64,000 bases of DNA from Candidatus Limnocylindrales bacterium (GTDB lineage Bacteria; Chloroflexota; Limnocylindria; Limnocylindrales; CSP1-4): NCBI GenBank assembly GCA_038248915.1, contig JBBRXB010000003.1, positions 49,091-113,090 on the forward strand. Direction: 5' to 3'. Positions 1 to 9,120 of the stretch are shown in pieces. The notes beneath the pieces are model-generated. The model worked only from the letters and a program-made list of their open reading frames with translations. It had not been told where the DNA came from and searched no databases. Within the stretch, counting starts at the first letter, position 1; every line of letters starts with the position of its first letter. Position numbers and translations under genes: made by a program.

Positions 1-1298
1 CGGCGCTCTACCGCGCGGCCAAGATGGACGGCGCGACGTCATGGGAGAGCTTCCGATTCATCACCCTGCCGGCGATCAAGAACACCTTGATCGTCGTCGG
101 CGTCCTGCAGGTCATCATCGGGCTCCAGGTCTTCGACCTGCTGTACAGCCTGACGAGCGGCGGACCCGGGCGCGACACGTATGTGCTGATCATGGCGATC
201 TACGACATCACGTTCGGACAGATCAGCCTGGGCTACGGCGCCGCGATCACGGTCATCCTGTTCCTGATCATCGTCGCGGCGAGCTTCCTGATCCTGATTG
301 CCAGGGTCCGGCGGCGCGCGCCGGTCGCCGTCGTCGACGACGAAGCGGAGGATGCGGCCGCCACCGGACGCACGTCGCTACGACTCGATCCGGGATCGGC
401 GATGACGATCCGGGCGAGTACGGCGGAAGAGCCCGAGGAAGGCCGGCGCAACCGGATCCGCCTGCCTCGGAACGTCACCCGGATCGGCTTTGCCGTCGGG
501 GTGCTCGCCCTGTTCTTCTTCTACGTCGCCCCGATCGCGTGGATGATCATCGCCAGCCTGCAGCCGACCCAGGCCCTCGCCTCGCTGCCCCCCCATCTGA
601 CCCTCAACCTGTGGCTCGATGGCTACCAGACCATCGCCGGGGATCCACGCTGGCTCGGATCGCTCGCGGTCAGCCTCCAGGTGGCCCTGCTGACCGCCGT
701 GTTCGTGATAGTTCTCGCCGCGCCGCCGGCCTACGCCCTCGCCCGCTACGACATCACCGGGAAGGCCACCATCCTGGCCCTGCTGATCCTGATCCAGATG
801 GTGCCGGCCATCGTCATGGCCATCCCCGTCCTGCGTGTCTTCCAGATCGTCGGCCTGACCGACACGGTCGCGTCGTTGGTGATCGTCAATGTCGCCTTCT
901 GGCTGCCCTTGATCATCTGGCTATTACGCAACTTCTTCCTGGAGGTCCCGGCGTCGCTCGAGAAGGCGGCCCGGATCGACGGCTGCTCTCGGCTGGGCAC
1001 CCTGTTCCGGGTGACCATCCCGGCAGCCCGTCCGGGGATGGCGGCGGCGGCCATCCTCATCCTGATCGGCACGTGGAACGAGTTCCTGTTCGCGGTCATC
1101 CTCGGCAATCGGAACGCCGTCCCGATCACGCGGCTGATCACCGGCATCCAGAACTTCCCGGGGGCGCTGAATCAACAGCCCCCACCCAATCTGCTGGCCG
1201 CTGCCGCGATCGTCGCGGTGCTGCCCTGCCTGCTGCTTGTCCTGTTGTTCCATCGCCGGATCATCACCGGCCTTACCGGAGGGTTCGTGAAGGGCTGA
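1..1298 (+). CDS. ABC sugar transporter permease, tandem fused transmembrane domains (MalF-like C-terminal part + complete MalG-like domain); 5' partial
   Basis: The frame is open from the window edge. The N-terminal part carries the EAA loop (AAKMDGATSWESFRFITLPAIKN) and final TM of a type-I permease. A ~45-aa charged linker is followed by a second full permease domain (6 TM, EAA-like loop EKAARIDGCSRLGTLFRVTIPAARPG). There is no stop between the domains. Confidence 0.75.
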   Translation, partial: ALYRAAKMDGATSWESFRFITLPAIKNTLIVVGVLQVIIGLQVFDLLYSLTSGGPGRDTYVLIMAIYDITFGQISLGYGAAITVILFLIIVAASFLILIARVRRRAPVAVVDDEAEDAAATGRTSLRLDPGSAMTIRASTAEEPEEGRRNRIRLPRNVTRIGFAVGVLALFFFYVAPIAWMIIASLQPTQALASLPPHLTLNLWLDGYQTIAGDPRWLGSLAVSLQVALLTAVFVIVLAAPPAYALARYDITGKATILALLILIQMVPAIVMAIPVLRVFQIVGLTDTVASLVIVNVAFWLPLIIWLLRNFFLEVPASLEKAARIDGCSRLGTLFRVTIPAARPGMAAAAILILIGTWNEFLFAVILGNRNAVPITRLITGIQNFPGALNQQPPPNLLAAAAIVAVLPCLLLVLLFHRRIITGLTGGFVKG

Positions 1299-1350
1299 AG
1301 CACGACGGTCGCGGCGTTGTTGGCCGCCCACAGGGATGGAGGAGGAGAGC

Positions 1351-2772
1351 ATGACCGAGGATCAGGACACGACGCTGAGCCGATTGACATCGGCCGTCAG
1401 CCGACGCGAGGTGCTCAAGGGCGGCCTCATCGCCGGGAGCGCGGCGTTCCTCGCCGCGTGCGGTGCATCGACGACCAGCTCCGCGCCGAGCACCGCGCCC
1501 ACCAGCGGGACACCGGCCAGTGCGCCACCAGCGGCCAGCGGGTCGGCCAGCGCCGCCCCCTCGGCGGCGGCCGTGAGCTATGCCGGCGTCACGCTCAACA
1601 ACAGCACCGGTGGCTATTCGATCCCCGCGTTCCAGATCGGTCTGGACGCGTGGAAGGCCGAAACGGGTGGCAACGCCACCTTCAACAACATCCCGTTCGA
1701 CGAGAAGCCGGTCAAGTACGCGAGTTTCATCGCCACCCAGGATGCCTCGTGGGACCTGCATTACACCTATGACAACTACATGCAGAAGTTCGGGACCCGT
1801 CTGCTGCTGCCGCTCGAGGGCAACTACACCGGTGACGTGAGCGACTTCATCCAGACCGCACTGCCCGGCTTCACGACCCAGTCCGACCAGGTCCTGCGCG
1901 GCCTGCCGATCCACTTCAGCTCGTGGCTGTGGACCTGGAACCCGGAGCTCTTCACGGCGATCGGCGAGGACGGCACCAATCCTCCGGACACCTACGAGGC
2001 ACTCTTCGCCCTGACGCCCAAGTTCGTCGAGAAGAAGATCATCCCGTGCGCCCAGCCGTGGCAGGGTACCGGTGGAACCTTCGCCCAGCTCTACTGGACG
2101 CACATCTACAACTCGACCAGCCACCCCATGTTCAGCGATGACCGGACCCAGCTCATGTTCGATGGACCTGATGGGCTGTCCGCCTTCCAGACGATCGAAG
2201 CGGGTCTCAAGAGCGGGTTCTGGGATCCGAAGTTCCTCAACATCACCAACGAGCACGAGGCGTACGTCGAGTTCGCCAAGGGCAACATGGCGACGGTCAT
2301 GCACAGCGAGTCGGAGATCCATCCGACCGAGAAGGAATTGGTCGCCGCCGGCAAGCTGGCGGTTCGCCAGTTCCCCGGCATCAAGGCGGGGACGACGGGC
2401 TCGGCTCAAGGCGCTGACGGCACAGGCGTCAACAAATGGACCAAGCAGCCCGAAGCATCATGGAGCTACTTCAACCGCCTGTTCACGCCGGACATCGCGC
2501 TGAAGATCAGCCTTCACGAGCCGGAGCTGTACCCACCGACCCGGAACTCGACCCTCGCTGACCCCGCGGTCATCGCGGCCCAGCCGCTCATCCCGGCCCA
2601 TGCCGCGCAGGCCAAGGGTGTCACCAATCTGTGGTCGACTCCGTATAACTATGCACCGGTCTTCGACGAGGTCGTCAACAAGATGATCAAGGGCGAGTAC
2701 TCGGCCCAGCAGGCCCAGGACGCCGCCGTCAAGGGCGTCAACGACGTGATCATCAAGTACCTGAGCGCGTAG
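1351..2772 (+). CDS. ABC transporter substrate-binding protein (sugar-type), Tat signal + lipobox lipoprotein
   Basis: RBS GGAGGAGGAG lies upstream of the ATG. The signal SRREVLKGG...LAAC is followed by a Ser/Ala/Pro-rich linker and a family-1 SBP-like body. An alternative start is at 1336. Confidence 0.8.
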   Translation: MTEDQDTTLSRLTSAVSRREVLKGGLIAGSAAFLAACGASTTSSAPSTAPTSGTPASAPPAASGSASAAPSAAAVSYAGVTLNNSTGGYSIPAFQIGLDAWKAETGGNATFNNIPFDEKPVKYASFIATQDASWDLHYTYDNYMQKFGTRLLLPLEGNYTGDVSDFIQTALPGFTTQSDQVLRGLPIHFSSWLWTWNPELFTAIGEDGTNPPDTYEALFALTPKFVEKKIIPCAQPWQGTGGTFAQLYWTHIYNSTSHPMFSDDRTQLMFDGPDGLSAFQTIEAGLKSGFWDPKFLNITNEHEAYVEFAKGNMATVMHSESEIHPTEKELVAAGKLAVRQFPGIKAGTTGSAQGADGTGVNKWTKQPEASWSYFNRLFTPDIALKISLHEPELYPPTRNSTLADPAVIAAQPLIPAHAAQAKGVTNLWSTPYNYAPVFDEVVNKMIKGEYSAQQAQDAAVKGVNDVIIKYLSA

Positions 2773-2813
2773 CCACCAGCATTCGGCCGGCGCCGCCGGC
2801 AGGATCGAATCGG

Positions 2814-2843
2814 CACAGGGCGAGGACGAACTCCCGCCCTGTG
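2814..2843 (+). terminator. Putative intrinsic terminator hairpin after the SBP gene
   Basis: Stem cacagggcg, 12-nt loop, stem cgccctgtg, located 40 nt after the stop. There is no U-tract, which is typical for high-GC genomes. Confidence 0.4.
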
Positions 2844-2863
2844 CCCATGTCTGGGAGTCGTCA

Positions 2864-3949
2864 TTGTTCGCCAGTCTGGCCGCCGACTATCCTCGTGAGC
2901 CGCGGGCCGGGGAGCCCGATCTCCTGGGTGACGCCGATCGCCGGCTGGCCGCGGGAGAGATCACGCCTGCCGAGCACCTCGCGATCGTGCGCGAGTTCGC
3001 CGGGATCATCCTCAAGGAACAGGAGACGTCCGGTCTGGCCATGCTCACCGATGGCGACGTGGCCCACGAGGACCGGCTACGGCGACTGGTCGAGGGACTC
3101 GGCGGGACGAGCTCCGGGCGGACCGTGGCGTTGCCGGACGGCGCTGTGGTGCACGCGCCGCGGTTTGCCGAACCCGTGGCCTGGCGGAAGCCGATCACGG
3201 TCGAGGCATGGCGCTGGGCCGACCAGTCGAGCGACATCTTGGTCAAGCAGGTGCTTACCGGCCCGTACACGATGGCCGCACTGGCCGAGTCCGGGGCGAT
3301 CCCGCGAGACCAGCTCGCGCTCAGCCTCGCGGAGGCCATGAACGCCGAGCTCCACGCGCTGGTCGAGGCCGGTTGCCTGATGATCCAGGTCGACGAGGGC
3401 GCGCTGACGATGATCGCCGACGACACCGCGGAGTGGCGGCTCTATGCCGAGACGCAACGCCGGCTGACCGCCGGACTTGCGGAGCACCACTTGAGCCTCG
3501 GCCTCTACCGCGGCGGAGTCGCTCCGGCCGGCCACGGCGCCATCCTCGACGGGCCATATCGCAGCTACCTGGTGGACGCGCTGGGTGGCCCGGACGCGTG
3601 GCGCTTCGTGTTCGCGGTGCCCTCGGAGATCGGCGTGGTCATCGGGGCCCTCGACGCCGCCAACGCGGTACTCGACGAGACGGAGGTCATGGTCTGGGCG
3701 ATGGCCTGGGCGTGCCCGGAGGCGCGGACGACCGCACGTGTCGGGGTGGCCCCCAACGGCAGCCTTCGCGCCGTCGGCCGGCATGCGGCCCGCCGCAAGA
3801 TCGAATTGCTGGGAGAGGCGGTCCGCGTCGCCTCGATGGGTCCGCTCCGAGAGGTCGCCGAAGCGCTCGACCCGGCCCCCCTGGACAGCAAGTCGGCACC
3901 GCTGCGCGAGTTGGCGGTTTCGGTGGACGCCGCGCGGGGACCGCGCTGA
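2864..3949 (+). CDS. MetE-like (cobalamin-independent methionine synthase C-terminal domain / UROD-MetE fold) protein
   Basis: TTG start preceded by GGGAG. Motifs LVKQVLTGPYTMAALAE and CLMIQVDEGALT resemble the MetE C-terminal domain. Confidence 0.45.
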   Translation: MFASLAADYPREPRAGEPDLLGDADRRLAAGEITPAEHLAIVREFAGIILKEQETSGLAMLTDGDVAHEDRLRRLVEGLGGTSSGRTVALPDGAVVHAPRFAEPVAWRKPITVEAWRWADQSSDILVKQVLTGPYTMAALAESGAIPRDQLALSLAEAMNAELHALVEAGCLMIQVDEGALTMIADDTAEWRLYAETQRRLTAGLAEHHLSLGLYRGGVAPAGHGAILDGPYRSYLVDALGGPDAWRFVFAVPSEIGVVIGALDAANAVLDETEVMVWAMAWACPEARTTARVGVAPNGSLRAVGRHAARRKIELLGEAVRVASMGPLREVAEALDPAPLDSKSAPLRELAVSVDAARGPR

Positions 3950-3992
3950 TGGACCGCGCTTCGACCATCGGACAAACAGCCGGGAGGGCAGC

Positions 3993-5045
3993 ATGAACCA
4001 GTCGCCGATCACCTTCGGGATCCTCGGGTCCGGCAATATGGCCCGTGTCTACGGCGACGCACTCACGAACCAGGTCCCCGGCGGTCGGCTGACGGCCGTC
4101 GCGCTGGGTACTCGCGCGCCGGCCCTCGCGGCGGAGTTCCGTGCCGTGGCGGAGTCCTCGGCGGAGGCCCTGGTCGCCCGCGACGACATCGAGGTGGCGG
4201 TCATCGCGACGCCCCATTCGACCCATTTGCCGCTGGCCCTGCTGGCCGCGTCGGCGGGCAAGCACGTCTACCTCGAGAAGCCGATGGCCCTCGATGTCGC
4301 GGAGTGCGACCAGATCATCGACGCGTGCCGGACGTCCGGCGTCCAGTTGACGATCGCCAAGCAGACCCGCCACATGGAGATGTCCATGCGCGCCAAGGCG
4401 TTCATCGACGAGGGCCGGATCGGCGACGTCCTGTTCCTCCGCCCGATGAGCGTCACGCCCGGGGCCGGCTTCGCCAATGTCCCCCAGAGCTGGCCATCCG
4501 ATCCGCGCGAGGGCGACGCCTTCCTCGATTGGGGCGCCCATGCCTGCGACGCGATCCGCTGGTTCACCGGTTCGGATGCCATCCGCGCCTACGCCGACTA
4601 CGACAACTTCACCGGTCTGCCGCTGGAGAGCCCCACGGCGATGGTCCAATTCCGGATGGCGAACCGATCGATCGCCCAGGTCCTGATGTCCTACGAGATC
4701 GGTCCGTCCGGGTTCGGGACGCGGCGCAACAACCAGTACCACATCGTCGGCACGGAGGGCTCGATCTTCTGGGACCTCGACCGGGTCGACCTCGTCAGCG
4801 GCGACCGCGATGTGCAGACCTGGCAGCTGCCCAGTTGGACACTCCCCGACTTCAAGCCGCGCGACCCGCGCCGGGTCGGCAACACGGCCCGCCAGCTGGT
4901 CGACTTCATCGGCTCGCTGCGGGCTGGCGAGCGGCCCGCGATCACCGGCGAGGACGGCCGGGCCGCGATCGAGATGACCCAGGCGGCGAAGCTGTCGGCG
5001 CAGACCGGCCGCGCCGTCGACCTCCCGCTCCCCCACCCCGCCTGA
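3993..5045 (+). CDS. Gfo/Idh/MocA family NAD(P)-dependent oxidoreductase
   Basis: N-terminal Rossmann motif ITFGILGSGNMARVY and the EKPMA motif. RBS GGGAGGG precedes the ATG at 3993. The upstream part of ORF 3585 is an R-rich shadow. Confidence 0.85.
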   Translation: MNQSPITFGILGSGNMARVYGDALTNQVPGGRLTAVALGTRAPALAAEFRAVAESSAEALVARDDIEVAVIATPHSTHLPLALLAASAGKHVYLEKPMALDVAECDQIIDACRTSGVQLTIAKQTRHMEMSMRAKAFIDEGRIGDVLFLRPMSVTPGAGFANVPQSWPSDPREGDAFLDWGAHACDAIRWFTGSDAIRAYADYDNFTGLPLESPTAMVQFRMANRSIAQVLMSYEIGPSGFGTRRNNQYHIVGTEGSIFWDLDRVDLVSGDRDVQTWQLPSWTLPDFKPRDPRRVGNTARQLVDFIGSLRAGERPAITGEDGRAAIEMTQAAKLSAQTGRAVDLPLPHPA

Positions 5046-5231
5046 CATGAAGATCACCGATGTCCGGACGATGCTCCTGGACGGCCCTGATCCTCACGGC
5101 GTCGGCGGGCAGGAACGCTGGTGGCGCGTCCGCCTCGTTCGGATCGACACGGTCGGGCGTGTCTGGGCTGGGCGAGGCGAGCGGCTTCATCGGCGACCGC
5201 GAGGCGATCGAGACGGGCCACGTCCCGTTTC

Positions 5232-5261
5232 TTGACTGCGGGTTTGCCGCCACCGTAGATT
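5232..5261 (+). promoter_or_regulatory. Sigma70-like promoter (-35 TTGACT, 18-bp spacer, -10 TAGATT) for the ABC ATPase gene
   Basis: Seen directly. The -10 hexamer is fused to the palindromic operator. Confidence 0.5.
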
Positions 5262-5270
5262 GTCGACAAT
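5259..5270. promoter_or_regulatory. Palindromic operator ATTGTCGACAAT (site 1 of 6), candidate GntR-family binding site
   Basis: Perfect 12-bp palindrome with flank TAGATTGTCGACAATG. The same motif recurs at 11474, 46247, 49409, 55381 and 63589. Confidence 0.6.
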
Positions 5271-5316
5271 GTGCGCCGCCACCACGGCGCCCCGAGCCGG
5301 CAGGGAGTCTCACCCG

Positions 5317-6423
5317 ATGGTCGATATGGCGCTCCGGCTCGACGGGATCTCCCGCCACTACGGCGCCGTCCGCGCGGTCGACAACCTGTCGCTCGACATC
5401 CCCTCCGGCGCGTTCGTCACCCTCCTCGGCCCGTCCGGCTGTGGCAAGAGCACGACCCTGAGCCTGATCGCCGGCCTCGATCGGCTGGACGAGGGTCGCA
5501 TCCTCCTGGGCGACGAGGACATCACCGACACGCCACCCAACGAACGACGGATGGCGATGGTCTTCCAGAACTACGCGTTGTACCCCCACCTGTCGGCCTA
5601 CGACAACATCGCCTTCGGGCTCAAGTTGCAGCACCGCCCGAAAGACGAGATCCGGTCGCGCGTTGGTGCCGTGGCCGAAGCTCTCGACATCACCCACCTG
5701 ATGAAGCGAAAGCCGGGTCAGATGTCCGGCGGGCAGCAGCAGCGTGTCGCCCTCGGCCGTGCCCTGGTCAAGGAACCGCTCGTGTTCCTGCTGGACGAAC
5801 CGTTCAGCAACCTCGATGCCGGCCTGCGCAGCCGGATGCGCACTGAGGTCAAGCATCTCCATCTGAAGCTGGGCACGACCAGTGTCTTCGTGACCCACGA
5901 CCAGGAGGAGGCGATGAGCCTGTCCGACCTGATCGCGGTCATGCGCGACGGCAAGGTCGTCCAGCTCGGCACGACGCGCGAGATCTATCGAAATCCACGC
6001 GACCTCTACGTCGCCACGTTCGTCGGCAAGCCGAAGATGAGCCTGGTCGACGGGTCGCTCGAGCACTCGGACGGCGAGGTCGCGTTCCGTTCCGCGGATC
6101 TCCGGATCCCGCTGGGCTCGCCCGCGCGGTTGGGTCTCGTGGACGGCGCTTGGCCGTCCGTCGTGCTCGGCATCCGCGCGGAAGATGTCCAGGTCCTCGT
6201 GGATGGGGCCGAGCGGAACGCGGGCAGCTTCGGGGCGACCGTCACCCTCCTCGAACCGATCGGCTCGGACACCTTCGTGGAGCTGCAGGCCGGCGATGCC
6301 ACGGTCGTCGCGCGGGTCGCCCCGGACGTCAAGCTCGAGATCGACCAGAACGTGCACGCGACGCTGGCCCCGGGACGTGTCCACCTGTTCGATCGCGAGG
6401 ATGGCGGGCGGATCATCCACTGA
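5317..6423 (+). CDS. ABC transporter ATP-binding protein (MalK/UgpC-like, with C-terminal TOBE/regulatory domain)
   Basis: Walker A GPSGCGKST, signature LSGGQQQRVALGRAL, Walker B LLDEPFSNLD. RBS GGGAG precedes the ATG at 5317. Confidence 0.9.
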   Translation: MVDMALRLDGISRHYGAVRAVDNLSLDIPSGAFVTLLGPSGCGKSTTLSLIAGLDRLDEGRILLGDEDITDTPPNERRMAMVFQNYALYPHLSAYDNIAFGLKLQHRPKDEIRSRVGAVAEALDITHLMKRKPGQMSGGQQQRVALGRALVKEPLVFLLDEPFSNLDAGLRSRMRTEVKHLHLKLGTTSVFVTHDQEEAMSLSDLIAVMRDGKVVQLGTTREIYRNPRDLYVATFVGKPKMSLVDGSLEHSDGEVAFRSADLRIPLGSPARLGLVDGAWPSVVLGIRAEDVQVLVDGAERNAGSFGATVTLLEPIGSDTFVELQAGDATVVARVAPDVKLEIDQNVHATLAPGRVHLFDREDGGRIIH

Positions 6424-6429
6424 TCGATG

Positions 6430-6446
6430 GCGGTCGGTCGGACCGC
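6430..6446. terminator. Possible bidirectional terminator hairpin between the convergent ATPase and dhaL genes
   Basis: gcggtc-ggtcg-gaccgc stem-loop in a 30-bp convergent gap. Confidence 0.25.
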
Positions 6447-6452
6447 GCCGCG

Positions 6453-7067
6453 CTAGGTCGTCCCGAGCTCGGCCTGCACCGCCTCCAGGATCCGCACCCA
6501 GGCCGTCGCCCCGCCATCGGCGTGACCGGCGGTCCGCTCTCCCACCCACGCGGCGCGACCTCGTTGCGACACGAGACCTCGCGTGCGCTCAACGCCGTCG
6601 CGCGCCGCGTCGAGGGCGGCGGCCAGGGGCGCATCCGGAGCGGCGGCGGCCGCATCCAGGCTGGGCACGAGCGCGTCCAGGACGGTCTTGTCGCCGACCG
6701 CCGACTTGCCACGGGTGGCGATGGAGTCCGCGGCGGCGCGGGCCGCGCGCAGGCCGGTATCGGCGTCCACGTCCGGGGCGTCACCGAGCTCCTTCGCGGC
6801 GGCCAGCAGCCCGCCCATGGCCAGCGCGGAGAACGTCGACGGATTGGCCCGCGCGACCGTCAGCCCGACCGTCTTGAGCACGAGCGCCGGGGTCGGATCG
6901 GGCTCCAGCGCCGCGAGGGCTGCGGCGGCCGCCAGCGACCCGTCGCCGACGGTCACGCCGAGGTCGCCGTCGCCGATAGCCGCGTCGAGGTCGCGCAGCT
7001 CGTCGCGCGACGCCGCCAGGCGCGTCAGGGCGCCGATGAGGAGGGTCCGCAACGCCTCGCCGGTCAC
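6453..7067 (-). CDS. dhaL: Dihydroxyacetone kinase subunit DhaL (ADP-binding)
   Basis: Dak2 signature DLDAAIGDGDLGVTVGDG. GTG start with AAGAGAG RBS, 15 nt after the dhaK stop. The 5' part of ORF 6453..7871 is a shadow of dhaK. Confidence 0.8.
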   Translation of the reverse strand: MTGEALRTLLIGALTRLAASRDELRDLDAAIGDGDLGVTVGDGSLAAAAALAALEPDPTPALVLKTVGLTVARANPSTFSALAMGGLLAAAKELGDAPDVDADTGLRAARAAADSIATRGKSAVGDKTVLDALVPSLDAAAAAPDAPLAAALDAARDGVERTRGLVSQRGRAAWVGERTAGHADGGATAWVRILEAVQAELGTT

Positions 7068-7081
7068 CTGACGGCTCTCTT

Positions 7082-8080
7082 CTAGGCCTGGTAGAACGGT
7101 GACCGCGCGGGCGCCGCGAGCAGCGCCGCCAGCCGATCGTCGACGCGCATCACGGTCAGCGACGCGCCGGCCATCTCGAGGCTCGTGGCAAACTCCCCGA
7201 TGTACGGCCGGTGGATGGACACCCCGCGCTCGGTCAGGCCCGCGTGGATCCGGCGATAGAGGATGTAGAGCTCCTCGAGCGGTGTCGCCCCCAGGCCGTT
7301 GACGAGGACGGCCACGCGATCGCCGGCCACGAGCCCGAGGTCCGAGGCCACGGCACCAAGCAGGTCGTCCGCGACCTCGTCGGCCGTCTCGAGCGGCGCA
7401 CGCCGGATGCCGGGCTCGCCGTGGATGCCGATCCCCATCTCCATCTCGCCGTCGGCCAGCTCGAACGTCGGCTTGCCGGCCGCCGGCAGGATCGTGGGCG
7501 ACAGGCCGACGCCCATCGAGCGGGTGTTGGCGAGCGCGTGCCGGGCCGCGTCGGCGACCTCCTCGAGCGTGGCGCCCGCCTCGGCTGCGGCACCGGCGCA
7601 TTTGAACGCGAAGAACATCCCCGCGACGCCCCGTCGTGCGTCGGCCCGCTCCGGCGGCGCGGAGGCGACGTCGTCGGCGACGAGGACGGTCATGACCGCG
7701 ATGCCCTCGGCGTCCGCCAGCTCCGCGGCGAGGTCGAAGTTCAGGACGTCGCCACCGTAATTGCCGTACAGGTAGAGCACCCCGGCGCCGCCATCGACCG
7801 CCTTGGTCGCCTCGAGGATCTGGTCCATCGACGGCGACGAGAAGACGTTGCCGACCGCCACCCCCGAGCACAGCCCGACGCCGACGAAGCCGAGGAAGAC
7901 CGGCAGATGACCGGATCCGCCACCGGTCACGACGCCGACCCGGCCGGTCACCGGCGCATCGGCCCGGACGATCGAGCGACGGTCCGGCGCGACCGAGCGC
8001 AGCTGGTCCGGATGGGCGAGCAGGATGCCGTCGAGCATCTCGTCGACGAATGCGGCCGGGTCGTTGAGCAACTTCTTCAC
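7082..8080 (-). CDS. dhaK: Dihydroxyacetone kinase subunit DhaK
   Basis: Dak1 domain (VKKLLNDP..., GGGSGHLP, HGEPG). GTG start with GGGAGGTGA RBS. Confidence 0.85.
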   Translation of the reverse strand: MKKLLNDPAAFVDEMLDGILLAHPDQLRSVAPDRRSIVRADAPVTGRVGVVTGGGSGHLPVFLGFVGVGLCSGVAVGNVFSSPSMDQILEATKAVDGGAGVLYLYGNYGGDVLNFDLAAELADAEGIAVMTVLVADDVASAPPERADARRGVAGMFFAFKCAGAAAEAGATLEEVADAARHALANTRSMGVGLSPTILPAAGKPTFELADGEMEMGIGIHGEPGIRRAPLETADEVADDLLGAVASDLGLVAGDRVAVLVNGLGATPLEELYILYRRIHAGLTERGVSIHRPYIGEFATSLEMAGASLTVMRVDDRLAALLAAPARSPFYQA

Positions 8081-8112
8081 GGCGCCATCACCTCCCACCG
8101 TATCCTGCGTGG

Positions 8113-8523
8113 ATGACCATCCCGAGCGCCGAACGTCAGGTCGCGTTCCTGACGACCACCCCGAACGTCGTCGTGGCCACGATCCGGCCCGACGGCCTGC
8201 CGCAGCTCACCCCGAACTGGTACCTGTGGACCGGCGAGGTGTTCTGGATCAGCACCGCCGCGGCGACTGTCAAGACTCGGAACCTGCGGCTCGACCCTAG
8301 GATCGTCCTGTGCGTCGACGATGTCCCGAGCGGCGATTACGTCCAGGTGACCGGCACGGCGGCGCTCATCGAGGGCGACGCGGCCCGTGAGCCGACTCTC
8401 GCGCTGTGCCGCAAGTACATGCCCGCCGACGAGGTCGACGCTCACTGGGAATCGCTGCTGGCGACCGGACCGCAGCTGATCATCGAGGTCCATCCGGAGC
8501 GCTTCCAGTGGCACGACCACTGA
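8113..8523 (+). CDS. PPOX-class (pyridoxamine 5'-phosphate oxidase fold) F420-dependent enzyme family protein
   Basis: ~136 aa; RPDGLPQLTPNWYLW and FQWHDH C-terminus, typical of the TIGR03618-like family. Confidence 0.75.
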   Translation: MTIPSAERQVAFLTTTPNVVVATIRPDGLPQLTPNWYLWTGEVFWISTAAATVKTRNLRLDPRIVLCVDDVPSGDYVQVTGTAALIEGDAAREPTLALCRKYMPADEVDAHWESLLATGPQLIIEVHPERFQWHDH

Positions 8524-9115
8524 CCGGTTCGACGCGCACCTCGGCGAAGGCTCCGTGGGCGGAGCTCAAGGGCCGGCCCAGCTTCGGCAGCCAGACATCG
8601 TCCTCGAAGGGAGCGCCCGCGATATCGCGGCCGTCGACGGTGAGACGAGCTTGACGCGCGCCGACCATCAGCGCCCAGATGTCCTCGCCTTCGTGGAAGG
8701 CGCCGTGCTGACCGTCGACCCAGAACGGCGCGTCGGGAGCGTCCCAGCGGGCGTCGATCTCGTGATCGGCTGAGGTCAGGCGGAAGCCGAACCCATCGGC
8801 GTCGTACGGGACACGCTCGAAGCGCGCCTCGATCGGCGCCCGGCGACATGCCGGCCGGCCCTCGCCCATGGCGGTGAGCCGAGCCTGCTGACGCTCGCCC
8901 AGACCCAGGTCATCCGTGAACGTCGCAACCAGACCCGTGTCGCCGGCCGGGGCGCCCGGCACCTCGACGATGACGACGTGGCCCGCACCCAGCGACGCCG
9001 AGTAGGCGATCGCGTACAGGCTCAGGAAGCCGGTCTCCGTCGCCCCGTCGCGCAGGGTGATGACCAGGTGGTCCCAGCAGTGGGTGACCGCGCCGGGATG
9101 GATGATCGCCGGCAC
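8480..9115 (-). CDS. Hypothetical protein (211 aa) co-transcribed downstream of the XDH-family Mo subunit
   Basis: Non-shadow amino-acid composition. The start lies 5 nt after the upstream gene stop. No recognisable motifs; only 2 Cys, so not a CoxS/CoxM subunit. Confidence 0.4.
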   Translation of the reverse strand: MPAIIHPGAVTHCWDHLVITLRDGATETGFLSLYAIAYSASLGAGHVVIVEVPGAPAGDTGLVATFTDDLGLGERQQARLTAMGEGRPACRRAPIEARFERVPYDADGFGFRLTSADHEIDARWDAPDAPFWVDGQHGAFHEGEDIWALMVGARQARLTVDGRDIAGAPFEDDVWLPKLGRPLSSAHGAFAEVRVEPVSGRATGSAPDGPR

Positions 9116-9120
9116 AGCGG

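Noticed and set aside
41-1354. 437-aa R/P/G-rich ORF overlapping the permease gene in another frame; similar long ORFs at 3077..4036(-), 3687..5057(-), 4942..6549(-), 10069..11472(+), 10841..11935(-), 15592..17106(+), 16790..18244(+), 24803..25912(-), 25768..27150(-), 26388..27983(-), 36375..38645(+), 38597..39547(-), 50157..51521(-) and others
   Set aside because: Extreme Arg/Pro/Gly content, no family resemblance, and each lies entirely inside or antisense to a well-supported gene. These are the frame shadows typical of ~70% GC DNA.
3585-3992. N-terminal 136-codon extension of the Gfo oxidoreductase ORF
   Set aside because: The extension is Arg-rich and overlaps the 3' end of the MetE-like gene. 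A strong RBS and a canonical Rossmann N-terminus appear at 3993.
7068-7871. Upstream 268 codons of ORF 6453..7871 (would make a 472-aa DhaL)
   Set aside because: It is a shadow of dhaK read in another frame (poly-Arg/Gly). The DhaL homology starts at the GTG at 7067, which has its own RBS.
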